A stretch of 64,000 bases of DNA from Patescibacteria group bacterium (GCA_038062115.1 JBBTXS010000012.1:23141-87140); one strand, 5' to 3'; positions 1 through 8,746 are shown, numbered from the stretch's first letter. The notes: generated by a model not told the origin, from the sequence alone. Numbers and translations are program-made.

Positions 1-674
1 TTATATCCCTTTTATGTGGACTTCAATCTGAAATAATCGGAGAAAGGGAAATCTTTCTGCAGGCACGAAAAGCTGTTTATAATGCCGTGCAAAATAGATC
101 GTTATCAAAAGAATGTTTCTGGAAAATTAACTCACTGTTTGACATAGCAGAGCAAATTAGAAATAAGCATAGCCTTACTCAGCTGGAAAATTATTCAACA
201 ATAGGCGCAGATCTACTTAATAGAAAAATTAAAAGCCCGGCAGTTATAGCAATTATTGGGGGAGGATATATGGCGGAAATTTTTTTCAAAAAAGTAAATA
301 TGTCTAAAATTAAAAAAATTATATGGATTAATAGAAGTCTTGATAAGGTAAAAAAAATTGTCAATGACCAGAATAATATTTTAAAAGATTTTTTTGAGTT
401 CTACAATTTTGAAAACGTAGAGGAAAAATTACGTAGTGCTGACTTTATTTTCTCCGCGGCTCATAATTGTGGCGGATTATTTTCATCGTTGCGTTTGGAA
501 AAGACGAAATGTGTAATTGATATTTCTTATCCGGCATTATTTTCCGATAAAGTTTCATGCGAATTTTATTCGATTAACAATACATATTTTGAAAATTTAT
601 TGAAGAATCCTGTACCAAAAATGTCTGTACTTGCAGCAGAAAAGGAAATAGATGCCTTGTTTAAATTTTTATGA
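1..674 (+). CDS. Glutamyl-tRNA reductase-like NAD(P)-binding protein; N-terminus lies outside the window. The ORF track starts it at a GTG at 87, but the frame is open from position 3.
   Basis: The frame translates from position 3 as ...EIIGEREIFLQARKAVYNA..., which resembles the HemA ETQILGQVK motif. A Rossmann motif AVIAIIGGGYMAE is followed by NRS, consistent with the NRT motif of the HemA family. Confidence 0.45.
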   Translation, partial: ISLLCGLQSEIIGEREIFLQARKAVYNAVQNRSLSKECFWKINSLFDIAEQIRNKHSLTQLENYSTIGADLLNRKIKSPAVIAIIGGGYMAEIFFKKVNMSKIKKIIWINRSLDKVKKIVNDQNNILKDFFEFYNFENVEEKLRSADFIFSAAHNCGGLFSSLRLEKTKCVIDISYPALFSDKVSCEFYSINNTYFENLLKNPVPKMSVLAAEKEIDALFKFL

Positions 675-1336
675 AAACAAATTGGATTGAAAAAGAATTG
701 GAGAAATTTGTAGAGCGAGGGAGCATATTGTTTGTTACGGCCCAAGGTGCAGATAAAAGTTCCGATATCGATATATATTGTGTTATTAAAAATGGATTAA
801 AATCCCAAATTCATATTTATAAAAAGAATAATTGTTGGATTGAAGTTTTTATTGATACGTGGGATGACATGGCTAGTAAGATAAAAAACTTTGATGAGAT
901 TGCAGTTGGTTTTATTTCAAAAATGGATCCATTAGCTCGCTTGAGCAACGTTTACTACCATCGTAAAGCTTTAAAACTTATTGGGGCAAAATATAAACTT
1001 CCCAATGAACGAAAAAGGCTATTACAATATCGCATCAAAGTGTTAGCATCAAAATATTATTCATCAGTTAATGAAAAGAATGAGCATTTTTTTGTTGGAC
1101 AGTTAATGCCATTTCTAATAATGGCTGTTTTTAGTAAATATGGAGTTTGGCCTAAGTCGCCAAAAAAATGGATTTGGCAATTGGAACAGATTAAAAAACC
1201 AGAATCAAAACAATTACTCAAAATTCTAGACGGCAAAGCAAAAGTTGATAATTTAATTGAGGAATTGACGTTAGATTTTGAAGGAATTTCTCTAGAAAAA
1301 AACAAGGAAAATAATAAAATTACTTATTTAGGATAA
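671..1336 (+). CDS. Nucleotidyltransferase-domain protein (Pol-beta-like NTase fold; ANT/Lnu-like or MNT-like)
   Basis: GSILFVTAQGADKSSDIDIYCV matches the GS-x9-13-DxD nucleotidyltransferase signature, and the C-terminal part is helical. The gene overlaps the upstream gene by 4 bp. Confidence 0.55.
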   Translation: MKTNWIEKELEKFVERGSILFVTAQGADKSSDIDIYCVIKNGLKSQIHIYKKNNCWIEVFIDTWDDMASKIKNFDEIAVGFISKMDPLARLSNVYYHRKALKLIGAKYKLPNERKRLLQYRIKVLASKYYSSVNEKNEHFFVGQLMPFLIMAVFSKYGVWPKSPKKWIWQLEQIKKPESKQLLKILDGKAKVDNLIEELTLDFEGISLEKNKENNKITYLG

Positions 1337-1648
1337 GCATATATTAAATGAATAAGACACTAACGACAGATATCTCTAATTTACTGAAACTTCCTTTATT
1401 CTCCGTTAGGGATAAAAAAATTAAAAATGAATATGAAAGACGGTTTTTTAATGGTCGTTTTGGACAGATCCGAGAGGGCTTGATCATGCCAGAGCGGCCA
1501 TTTGAATTTGGAAAAATTTTTGCGTTTTTTCTGAGCTGACAGTTTTTGGAGCGAGTTGGAAGGCCGAGCAATATAAAATAGTAGGAGGGAGCGGAAGCGA
1601 CCGACTACAATGATAACATGAAAGAAGTCCGAACTTTTTCGTAAAGGA

Positions 1649-1751
1649 GCTCACATTGGGACTTTTCAAAAGCCTGCGTTTGGGGACTTTGGACGAGAGA
1701 TTGCGTTTGGAGGTCTGCAAAGCCCAAATTGTAGGATGGGAAAAGTTGCCG
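1649..1751. repeat. Left arm of a perfect 103-bp inverted repeat flanking the serine recombinase gene
   Basis: Its reverse complement is identical to 3198..3300. It contains sub-repeats gcgtttgggg and gcgtttggagg. Confidence 0.9.
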
Positions 1752-1799
1752 GTTAAAAGAGAAGAAAAAAACGCAAAAATTAATAAGAAATAAACTGCC

Positions 1800-3362
1800 A
1801 TGAAATATATAGGATATTGCAGGAAATCAACGGATGAAAAAGATAGACAGATTTTATCTATAGAAGCTCAAATAGCAGAGCTGACCGAATTTGCTAGACG
1901 CGAAGGTCTGGAAATTTCAGAATTTATTACAGAGGCAAAGACAGCAAAAATTCCAGGCCGTGAACAATTTGACAAACTCTTAATGCTGCTTGAAAAAGGA
2001 AAAGCTCAAGGAATTATCTCATGGCATCCCGACCGCTTAGCTCGTAATTCCATTGATGGCGGAAAGATTATTTACTTACTCGATACAGGAAAACTTCTTG
2101 ACCTAAAATTCCCATCACATTGGTTTGAGAATACACCGCAAGGGAAATTTATGCTTAGTATCGCTTTTAGTCAGTCGAAATATTATATTGACAATCTTTC
2201 CGAGAATGTTAAAAGAGGTTTAAGACAAAAATTAAGAAACGGTGTTTATCCCGGAAAAGCATTTTGGGGATATGCGAACAATAAAGAGTTGGGAATTATT
2301 GAGGTTGATGTGACAGAGTCCAAGATTATCAAAAAGGCTTTCCAGTTATTTGCTAGTGGCGGAAAAACTTTTATGGATATTTCCCGCTTCTTACATAAGC
2401 ATGGACTTACCCAAAAAAACGGCAAAGATCTAAAAATAGACAGGATAAAAGAAATTCTTTCAAATAAATTTTACATTGGCATCATCTTTTACGCAGGAGA
2501 ATACTACGAAGGAAAACATAAGTTGTTTATTTCGAAAACATTATTTGACCGAGCGCAAAAACAGTTCAAATTCACTGAAAGATCAAAGCCCAATAACAAA
2601 CACAATTTATCTTTCTTAGGACTGTTGAAATGCGGTGAATGTAAAGCAAGTATTACCGGAGAAATGAAAATAAAATATTACAAAGAAACCCAAAGAAAAG
2701 CTGAATATATTTATTACAGTTGTACTAAAAAACTGGGAAACTGTTTGCAGAAACCAATTCCAGAGCCGGAACTGGAATTACAAATAAGAAAAGCGGTTAG
2801 CGATGTGGCCTTGCCCGAAAGTTGGGCTAGCGATTGGTATAAATGGCTTGAAAGAGATGAGATAACAGAAAAACAATTGAAAGAAGAAAATTTACAGAAA
2901 TTAAATGAAGAAATAAAAGCTCTGGATCAAAAATTAAATTTTCTTTTAGATAGTTACTTGGACAGCGTTATTGATGCCGATATCTACAAGAAAAAGAAAA
3001 ATGAATTATTCGAGGAGAAACTAAGAAAACAAGAAGAAATTACCAAGTTGCAGACCAATGGTTCAAGTTGGCTCGAACCTTTCAAGGAATTCGTAGATAG
3101 CGCATTACAATGCGGAAAAATTGCGCGCGAAAAAAAAACAAAAGAAGAATTGGCATTCTTCGCAAAAACTGTCGGCTCGAACTTCTTTTTAACTGATCGG
3201 CAACTTTTCCCATCCTACAATTTGGGCTTTGCAGACCTCCAAACGCAATCTCTCGTCCAAAGTCCCCAAACGCAGGCTTTTGAAAAGTCCCAATGTGAGC
3301 GGGATACGGGAGTCGAACCCGTCTTTTCAGATTGGAAATCTGACGTTGAACCGCTCAACTAA
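1800..3362 (+). CDS. Large serine recombinase (resolvase/invertase N-terminal domain, recombinase domain and zinc ribbon). The ORF has no stop until it has read through the right inverted repeat and tRNA-Gly, so the true 3' end is uncertain.
   Basis: The N-terminus YCRKSTDEKDRQILSIEAQ...RLARN is a serine-recombinase catalytic motif. The Cys cluster CGECKASITGEMK...YYSCTKKLGNC is a zinc ribbon typical of large serine recombinases, followed by a coiled-coil region. Confidence 0.8.
   Translation: MKYIGYCRKSTDEKDRQILSIEAQIAELTEFARREGLEISEFITEAKTAKIPGREQFDKLLMLLEKGKAQGIISWHPDRLARNSIDGGKIIYLLDTGKLLDLKFPSHWFENTPQGKFMLSIAFSQSKYYIDNLSENVKRGLRQKLRNGVYPGKAFWGYANNKELGIIEVDVTESKIIKKAFQLFASGGKTFMDISRFLHKHGLTQKNGKDLKIDRIKEILSNKFYIGIIFYAGEYYEGKHKLFISKTLFDRAQKQFKFTERSKPNNKHNLSFLGLLKCGECKASITGEMKIKYYKETQRKAEYIYYSCTKKLGNCLQKPIPEPELELQIRKAVSDVALPESWASDWYKWLERDEITEKQLKEENLQKLNEEIKALDQKLNFLLDSYLDSVIDADIYKKKKNELFEEKLRKQEEITKLQTNGSSWLEPFKEFVDSALQCGKIAREKKTKEELAFFAKTVGSNFFLTDRQLFPSYNLGFADLQTQSLVQSPQTQAFEKSQCERDTGVEPVFSDWKSDVEPLN
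3198..3300. repeat. Right arm of the 103-bp perfect inverted repeat
   Basis: It is the exact reverse complement of 1649..1751 and overlaps the 3' end of tRNA-Gly by about 3 bp. Confidence 0.9.
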
Positions 3363-3368
3363 TCCCGC
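3298..3368 (-). tRNA. tRNA-Gly (anticodon UCC)
   Basis: Manual fold of the reverse complement gives acceptor GCGGGAT/ATCCCGC, D-stem GTTG/CAAC, anticodon stem TCAGA/TCTGA with loop TTTCCAA, and T-stem ACGGG/CCCGT with loop TTCGACT. Confidence 0.85.
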
Positions 3369-3521
3369 GCATATTGATTTTATCAAATGCGATCAGTATT
3401 GTGCAAATGGAAAATTTAAGCTAAAATAACTGTGAACGTCGGGGTGGCGGAATTGGAGCGGAGTCCCGACGAGTCGGGACGAGCTCGCTTGCGAGCGTAG
3501 CGCGAGACAAGCGTGGAAGAC

Positions 3522-3605
3522 GCCGCGGTGGTGGAATGGTAGACACGAAGGCCTTAAGAGCCTTTGTTCCAAAAGAACGTGAGAGTTCGACTCTCTCCCG
3601 CGGCA
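3522..3605 (+). tRNA. tRNA-Leu (anticodon UAA), class II with a long variable arm
   Basis: Acceptor GCCGCGG/CCGCGGC, anticodon stem AAGGC/GCCTT with loop CTTAAGA, variable-arm hairpin GTTC-CAAAA-GAAC, T-stem GAGAG/CTCTC with loop TTCGACT. Confidence 0.8.
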
Positions 3606-3607
3606 CT

Positions 3608-3681
3608 CGGGGAGTAGCTCAGTTGGCTAGAGCGCACGGTTTGGGACCGTGAGGTCGGAGGTTCAAGTCCTCTCTCCCCGA
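3608..3681 (+). tRNA. tRNA-Pro (anticodon UGG)
   Basis: Acceptor CGGGGAG/CTCCCCG, D-stem GCTC/GAGC, anticodon stem CACGG/CCGTG with loop TTTGGGA, T-stem GGAGG/CCTCT with loop TTCAAGT. Confidence 0.85.
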
Positions 3682-3699
3682 CCCCATACTCATTTCTAA

Positions 3700-4515
3700 T
3701 CAATCTCTAATAGAGAATATTGTGCCAGTTTTTGGCAATGTCAATCTTGGAAGCGAAAAAGGTTCGGGGTTTGAATCTTCTTCTTTAATTTTTGCATTAG
3801 GACAGTTTTTTAAATGACAATCAACTTCTTGGCAAAGTCCGCAGAGGTATTTTTTTTCGTGCTTTTTTTCTATCGCAACATATGTAATTTTATACATATT
3901 ATTTGGAAACGTGTCTATAATGGTACGGGTTTGGGATTCTTCCTTACGTAAAGTTGGAGTGTTGATAACTAAACTATCATGTATTCCTTTTCGCGCATTC
4001 GCCTCAACTTGCGCTCTCATAAGAATTAACGCAAGCTGATCTCCTGAAACTTCACGCAAAAATGCAATAATCTCTGCAGCTATGCTTCGCACATCTGTGG
4101 AATATTTTGATATAACGCTTGCCGCCAAACTTCCCGCAGTTTCCCAGTCGTGTCCACCATGATAACAATGCATCATGTCAACTTTATATTTGTCGCTTCC
4201 AAAGCCTCGGGCACGACCTTCATGCGTATCAACTCCTCCTCCAGCAGCAATCACTTTCATCCTCTCAAGAGAAACCAAACCGCTAATCGTAGTTCTTCCC
4301 AAAGAATCGCCTGTTGGTATAACAGAAATGCTTTCAATGGGTACCCCATACGCCAGAGCTACAAGTGCGTGATTTAATTCATGCGAAGCAACACTTATCG
4401 ACTCTCGTGAAACCAAACCCGAACGATTTTCCGGAACAAAAGAAAGAGGCATCGCCTTTTGGAGAGGCGTTTCAACTAATTGCTGTGTAGGGCGACTTAA
4501 CTCTGCTGCCGCCAT
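3700..4515 (-). CDS. Stand-alone FtsH-like (peptidase M41) zinc-metallopeptidase domain protein with a C-terminal Cys4 zinc-ribbon-like tail and no AAA ATPase domain
   Basis: SVASHELNHALVALAYG...KVIAAGGGVDTHEGRARGFGSDKYKVD matches the FtsH protease-domain pattern vAyHEaGHAlva...GGraAE...GasnD. The C-terminus has CGLCQEVDCHLKNCP. Local GC content is visibly higher than the surrounding sequence. Confidence 0.55.
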   Translation of the reverse strand: MAAAELSRPTQQLVETPLQKAMPLSFVPENRSGLVSRESISVASHELNHALVALAYGVPIESISVIPTGDSLGRTTISGLVSLERMKVIAAGGGVDTHEGRARGFGSDKYKVDMMHCYHGGHDWETAGSLAASVISKYSTDVRSIAAEIIAFLREVSGDQLALILMRAQVEANARKGIHDSLVINTPTLRKEESQTRTIIDTFPNNMYKITYVAIEKKHEKKYLCGLCQEVDCHLKNCPNAKIKEEDSNPEPFSLPRLTLPKTGTIFSIRD

Positions 4516-4530
4516 AGTAAGCAGATTTTA

Positions 4531-5136
4531 TCACTTATGGCGGATATATAAAAGATATGGCAAAATGCCTACAAAATTAACAACCGATGCTAATATAAAC
4601 AAAAAATTAAATCCATAAGCGCTTGCTATAAAACCACCAAGCGCTGCAGTTGATGCCATTCCTATAAAGGTAACAGCATCATAGATGCCCCATTCTGTTG
4701 TTTCTTTGTTTTTATCTAGATGAGTTGCAAATAAAGAGTTTTTTACAGGAGATGCTATTCCTAGTCCCATTCCAACGATACCAAAAAATACAAAAAGCGA
4801 CATTACGCCATTGGAAAAAGCAAAACCTAAATACCCCAAACTAATAAACAACATGCCAGCCATTGTAGTAATAAATTTATTAAACTCGTTACTCCTTCCA
4901 AAATATTTACATGTAATCAGTTCGAATACCACTCTAACTATCAAGAAAAAACTGTAGGCACTGGCTGCGATTTGCACGTTTCCGCCTCTTATGTTATTAA
5001 GAACAAAGACGGCAAAAAGTGGAATAACAAAATTATATGCAGACCACAAAAATGCCTCCGAAACTATAAATGCCTTGACGATAGGATTTACCTGAAAATG
5101 CGTTGGATTTCTGCCAAGAAATTGTTCTTTCAACAT
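4531..5136 (-). CDS. Six-TM membrane protein resembling the C-terminal half of an MFS transporter
   Basis: Six predicted hydrophobic helices with Gly-rich helices, e.g. GIVGMGLGIASP. It is only about half the length of a full MFS transporter. Confidence 0.4.
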   Translation of the reverse strand: MLKEQFLGRNPTHFQVNPIVKAFIVSEAFLWSAYNFVIPLFAVFVLNNIRGGNVQIAASAYSFFLIVRVVFELITCKYFGRSNEFNKFITTMAGMLFISLGYLGFAFSNGVMSLFVFFGIVGMGLGIASPVKNSLFATHLDKNKETTEWGIYDAVTFIGMASTAALGGFIASAYGFNFLFILASVVNFVGILPYLLYIRHK

Positions 5137-5189
5137 TTATTGCCTATAAATAATTTTGCAACAGATTTTCTAAAAAAGCAAGACCTCTT

Positions 5190-5993
5190 CTAGCCACTCT
5201 TAAAATAATTTACTGCTCCAAAAACATTATCGGTAACAATATCTATGATTCCAGATTGCTTAAAATACTTAAATCCCGATTCTCTATTTATAACCCCTGC
5301 CATAACTTTAAAACCATTTTCTTCGTAAAATTCTCTTAACTTAGTTAAACGGCTAACAGATATTAATCTTCTAAATAACCGTTCGCTCCCATGCCAATTA
5401 TCAATCCACCCCAGCATTACTCCATAACTTTTGCGAGGCTTTCTAACATAAGAATAAAGAGGAATATTTATGATCTGCAATACCCTAAGTTTAGGATATT
5501 TGGATTGCATACGCAATGCGGTACCAATAAAAAAAGAAAATCCAATAATGTTTACCTGTAACCACAAAGACTTCTCTTCGATTTTTTTTACAATTTTTTC
5601 AACTAGAATTTTAGATGAACTTTTGATTTCTAAAAAAAACTGTATGTGTTTATTATTTGTGATATAAACAAACAACTCATCAAGAAGTAATGGTTCATAC
5701 AATTGTTTCTTATAAAAAGAAGCAAGATCTGTGAATAAAATATTTGAGATTGCAACTTTTTTGTTAGCAATCATTATTCTTTTGTCGTGATGGAGTACAA
5801 TTTTATTATCCAAGGTTAATTGTAGATCGCACTCAACGCCTTTCGCACCCATTTCCAAAGCTTGCTCAAAGGCTACAATTGTATTCTCTTTATTATTAGT
5901 ATTTCTGCCTCTATGAGTAATAATCATGTCCTTATTCCAAACCGTTTCTTTTGTTGGGTTTATATTTCTTATAGATATAATATATCGAGGCAA
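5190..5993 (-). CDS. Glycerophosphodiester phosphodiesterase family protein
   Basis: HRG...ENTIVAFEQALEMGAKGVECDLQLTLDNKIVLHHD is the GDPD catalytic motif (HR..ENT..E.D...T.D..V.HD). Confidence 0.7.
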   Translation of the reverse strand: MPRYIISIRNINPTKETVWNKDMIITHRGRNTNNKENTIVAFEQALEMGAKGVECDLQLTLDNKIVLHHDKRIMIANKKVAISNILFTDLASFYKKQLYEPLLLDELFVYITNNKHIQFFLEIKSSSKILVEKIVKKIEEKSLWLQVNIIGFSFFIGTALRMQSKYPKLRVLQIINIPLYSYVRKPRKSYGVMLGWIDNWHGSERLFRRLISVSRLTKLREFYEENGFKVMAGVINRESGFKYFKQSGIIDIVTDNVFGAVNYFKSG

Positions 5994-6591
5994 TTGTCAA
6001 CAAAGCAATAACTGCAACAAATACGCTCTTGCCAAATATTTTTTTATAAACTTCTTCTCCAATATAAAATATAAAAATATCTGGAACAGACGCAAATAGT
6101 GTAGCAAGCATAAATTTTTTATAACTTATTTTTGTTAGCCCAGCGATATAAGAAGAAAAATCCATAACTGGGACTGTAAATAGCCTAAGCGCCACTATTG
6201 CAAGAAATTGTTTCTTTTTGGATATTTCGCCTTCGAGTTTGTGAATCTTTTGAAGGGGCATAAATCTTTGGACAAGTTTCTCCCTAAAAGTTCTAGCAAG
6301 AAAAAATGCAACTGAAGTTCCAACAAGAATTCCCGAAAGAGTATAAATATACGTGTGAAGCCATCCAAATATTGGCACCACTGCAAAAGAAATTACACCA
6401 GCGGGCAAAGCTGGAAATACTATTCCTAAAATCCGCCAAACAATAAGAAGCAGAGGTCCAATCACTGTGTGTCTTCCTACAAAATCAATCCCAGCATCAA
6501 TATTTGAAGGTCTTGAAAGTATAACTACAACTACTAGAGAAAACAACAATAAAACAACCGCTAAACTAATAAATATATGCTTTTTACGCAT
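5932..6591 (-). CDS. TVP38/TMEM64 (DedA-related, SNARE-associated) family membrane protein
   Basis: Multi-TM protein carrying the characteristic VFPALPAGVISFAVVPIFGW motif. Confidence 0.6.
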   Translation of the reverse strand: MRKKHIFISLAVVLLLFSLVVVVILSRPSNIDAGIDFVGRHTVIGPLLLIVWRILGIVFPALPAGVISFAVVPIFGWLHTYIYTLSGILVGTSVAFFLARTFREKLVQRFMPLQKIHKLEGEISKKKQFLAIVALRLFTVPVMDFSSYIAGLTKISYKKFMLATLFASVPDIFIFYIGEEVYKKIFGKSVFVAVIALLTIASIYYIYKKYKPNKRNGLE

Positions 6592-6724
6592 TAATAAATT
6601 CCTCTATAGATTATATAGCATATAGATATGTATTGCACACCTCCGATGTATGCGGCTACACGGCGCAAAAGCAAATCTATTACATCTCCTTCGCAATTAT
6701 GATATATTAAAAACAGAGTTCAAA

Positions 6725-7498
6725 ATGAAAACACTAAATCTTCTTCTTACATTGTCTTCCCTAAACGTCATTTTAGTTACAATAGAAAGATTTTCTTTCA
6801 CAACAAAAATTATCTTACAACCATATAGTTTTCTAAGACTTCATGAAGTATTCCAAATAACAGTGCTAATACTTATAACTATTGTTATCCCCTTTTTTCT
6901 ATTAAAAGAAATTACTCATAATTTTGATTCGCTAAAAACTGCAAAAGGCACAATCTTAGGACTTTTTTTCGTAGTTGGCGTTTATTTATATGGCACTGGA
7001 AACGGGGTACACGAACTCGCAAGCTACTTATTTAATACATTTTGTCCTATAAAAAATTTTTCATCCTTACAATGCCAAAGCATGTATTTTAATGATTACT
7101 ATTTTGGAAACATATTGTATTTTGTAGGAGCGTTCTTAATAAATATATCTTTGATAATTTTTGAGCGAATAAAACCTAACATTAATTTCTCTAAGAAAGA
7201 TTTAGCCGTAACTTCTATAAATAGTCTTATTCTTGCATTTGCAATTTTTGCTTATTCAGCTTTTGATCGGGTGTTAGTTGGTCTTGTCTATTCTATGTTT
7301 ACTATGATTGTAGCCTATTTCTTTTTATTTACCGCGCACCACAATGCCCCGCTCGTCAGGACAATGCCCCGCCCGTTAGGTCGTGGTGCGGGGTTTACTT
7401 GGAAGAAAAAGTATATTTATATTCCATTTACTTTGTATATAACAATCGCCTATACAATTGGAACCCTAGCCTCAATAGCGATTCGATTTATTCGATAA
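6725..7498 (+). CDS. Polytopic membrane protein of unknown function; its C-terminal region carries an in-frame small repeat element
   Basis: Multiple hydrophobic helices. The ORF could start at 6650, but 6725 (MKTLNLLL) looks more plausible. Residues ...TAHHNAPLVRTMPRPLGRGAGFT... are encoded by the repeat at 7332..7399. Confidence 0.45.
   Translation: MKTLNLLLTLSSLNVILVTIERFSFTTKIILQPYSFLRLHEVFQITVLILITIVIPFFLLKEITHNFDSLKTAKGTILGLFFVVGVYLYGTGNGVHELASYLFNTFCPIKNFSSLQCQSMYFNDYYFGNILYFVGAFLINISLIIFERIKPNINFSKKDLAVTSINSLILAFAIFAYSAFDRVLVGLVYSMFTMIVAYFFLFTAHHNAPLVRTMPRPLGRGAGFTWKKKYIYIPFTLYITIAYTIGTLASIAIRFIR
7332..7399. repeat. Small GC-rich hairpin repeat (family C, ends in GGTGCGGGGTTTACT); related to 26621..26724
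   Basis: Terminal inverted repeat cgcaccac/gtggtgcg, tandem sub-units (a)caatgccccgc, and the same 3' terminus ggtgcggggtttact as the copy at 26.7 kb. Confidence 0.7.
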
Positions 7499-8267
7499 TA
7501 GTATCTTGGCTCCCTCCCAACGCATGAACCCAATCTAATAATGGAGCCCTACGGCTAAAGCCGTGGTGCATATTTAATGCCCTCCTTCGTCCCGCTCAGC
7601 GGGACTACGGAGGGTTATCCGCCACTAGCCGAGGCGACATCCGCCGTAGCTTACCCCACATTCATCCACGACTAAAGTCGTGGTTTTCTGCGAAGGCGGA
7701 TTAATTAAGGAAATAAAACTGCTTAAATGAGATGATGTTATGAGTAGGGGAAAAGATACGAATCTAAAAAAATGTGTAATGCTTATTATCTTTACCTGAT
7801 CTAATCAGAAACTTTTCAAAATTAAGCAGATTTATTACTTTAATCTGCTAGACTAGGAATGAGTATATCAGAAAATGCATGGAATGTCAATAATCACTAT
7901 AGGATAGTAATTAAAGAGGTGTTGAGTCAAGCCACCATTCGGCAATACCCATGGTTTAAGCATGGAGGGCGGAATAGATTTGCAAAAGAGGAAAGATTTC
8001 CCTCAGGGTAAATAATTGATTTCCACTGTTGCAGTGAAGCATAAATTTGGTTCCAATTCTGAAACATTTGGGCTACAGCACGTAATAGTTCACTCTTCTG
8101 ACATGAATTTTATTCTTCGATCCGTCAGCTGACGGAGAGAAGTTTTCAATGATTCTAGTTCTCTCGGCCTTTGGCGGATCGAACAATAATTTTTATGTCA
8201 GAAGTCTGAGTAGTTACTACATCACCTGTAGTTGATTTTGACTAACTCCTCATATATAATCCAAATT

Positions 8268-8606
8268 ATGACAATCAAGCGAATTAGCTATCCAAATGGA
8301 AAAGCCCTTCCTCTTGATGTCCCTGCAGCAGTAAGCTTAGGTCAATTCGTACTGAAAGATCGTAATCTAGCAAGAGATGTACCAGAAGGAGAGTGTGATA
8401 TAACACCAGCAGGATTAACAAAAGATGTCTATGGTTATTCTTTGAAAGTCAATGAGGACGGTTCTGGAGTTTTAGAAATGACAGTAAAAGATACAGACGA
8501 TGCAAGAGAAGCAAGAAAAGTTCGCCCAACTGAGGATCGAACTATTAGAATTCCACAAGACAAACCATCATTTGCCTTAGTAGGACCAAAAAAAGATAAT
8601 CCTTAA
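8268..8606 (+). CDS. Hypothetical protein with no recognisable domain
   Basis: Intact ORF following a ~730-bp region with no ORFs. I see no known motif. Confidence 0.3.
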   Translation: MTIKRISYPNGKALPLDVPAAVSLGQFVLKDRNLARDVPEGECDITPAGLTKDVYGYSLKVNEDGSGVLEMTVKDTDDAREARKVRPTEDRTIRIPQDKPSFALVGPKKDNP

Positions 8607-8746
8607 ATTCATGTATTTGAAGTACTTTACCATGAACCAGGAAGAAGTCCACGAAGATATAGAGAGCGATAATATTCGTTACCTAGAAGACTTTAACAAA
8701 GCCAATCAATACCGAGTGTTAATAATTTATTCATCCACGCAACTAA

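Noticed and set aside
1348-1571. Small overlapping ORFs (63 aa on plus, 75 aa on minus) between the NTase gene and the left inverted repeat
   Set aside because: They have no recognisable motifs and overlap on opposite strands. The plus-strand 63-aa ORF may be real, but it is unsupported.
1800-3362. Treating the full 520-aa ORF through the right inverted repeat and tRNA-Gly as the true recombinase C-terminus
   Set aside because: Coding sequence overlapping a tRNA on the opposite strand is unlikely. Either the real stop lies earlier, for example through a missed frameshift or sequencing error, or the tail is a read-through artefact. The coordinates follow the ORF track but are flagged as uncertain.
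3421-3606. 61-aa minus-strand ORF
   Set aside because: It overlaps tRNA-Leu and the GC-rich palindromic block, and its Arg/Pro-rich translation is typical of GC-rich non-coding sequence.
7500-8230. RNase P RNA, tmRNA or SRP RNA in the long non-coding region
   Set aside because: I could not find the conserved P4 (AGGAAAGUCCGG), tmRNA tag-ORF or tRNA-like end, or SRP domain IV (AGGAAGCAGC) motifs by eye, so it is left as an unclassified structured region.
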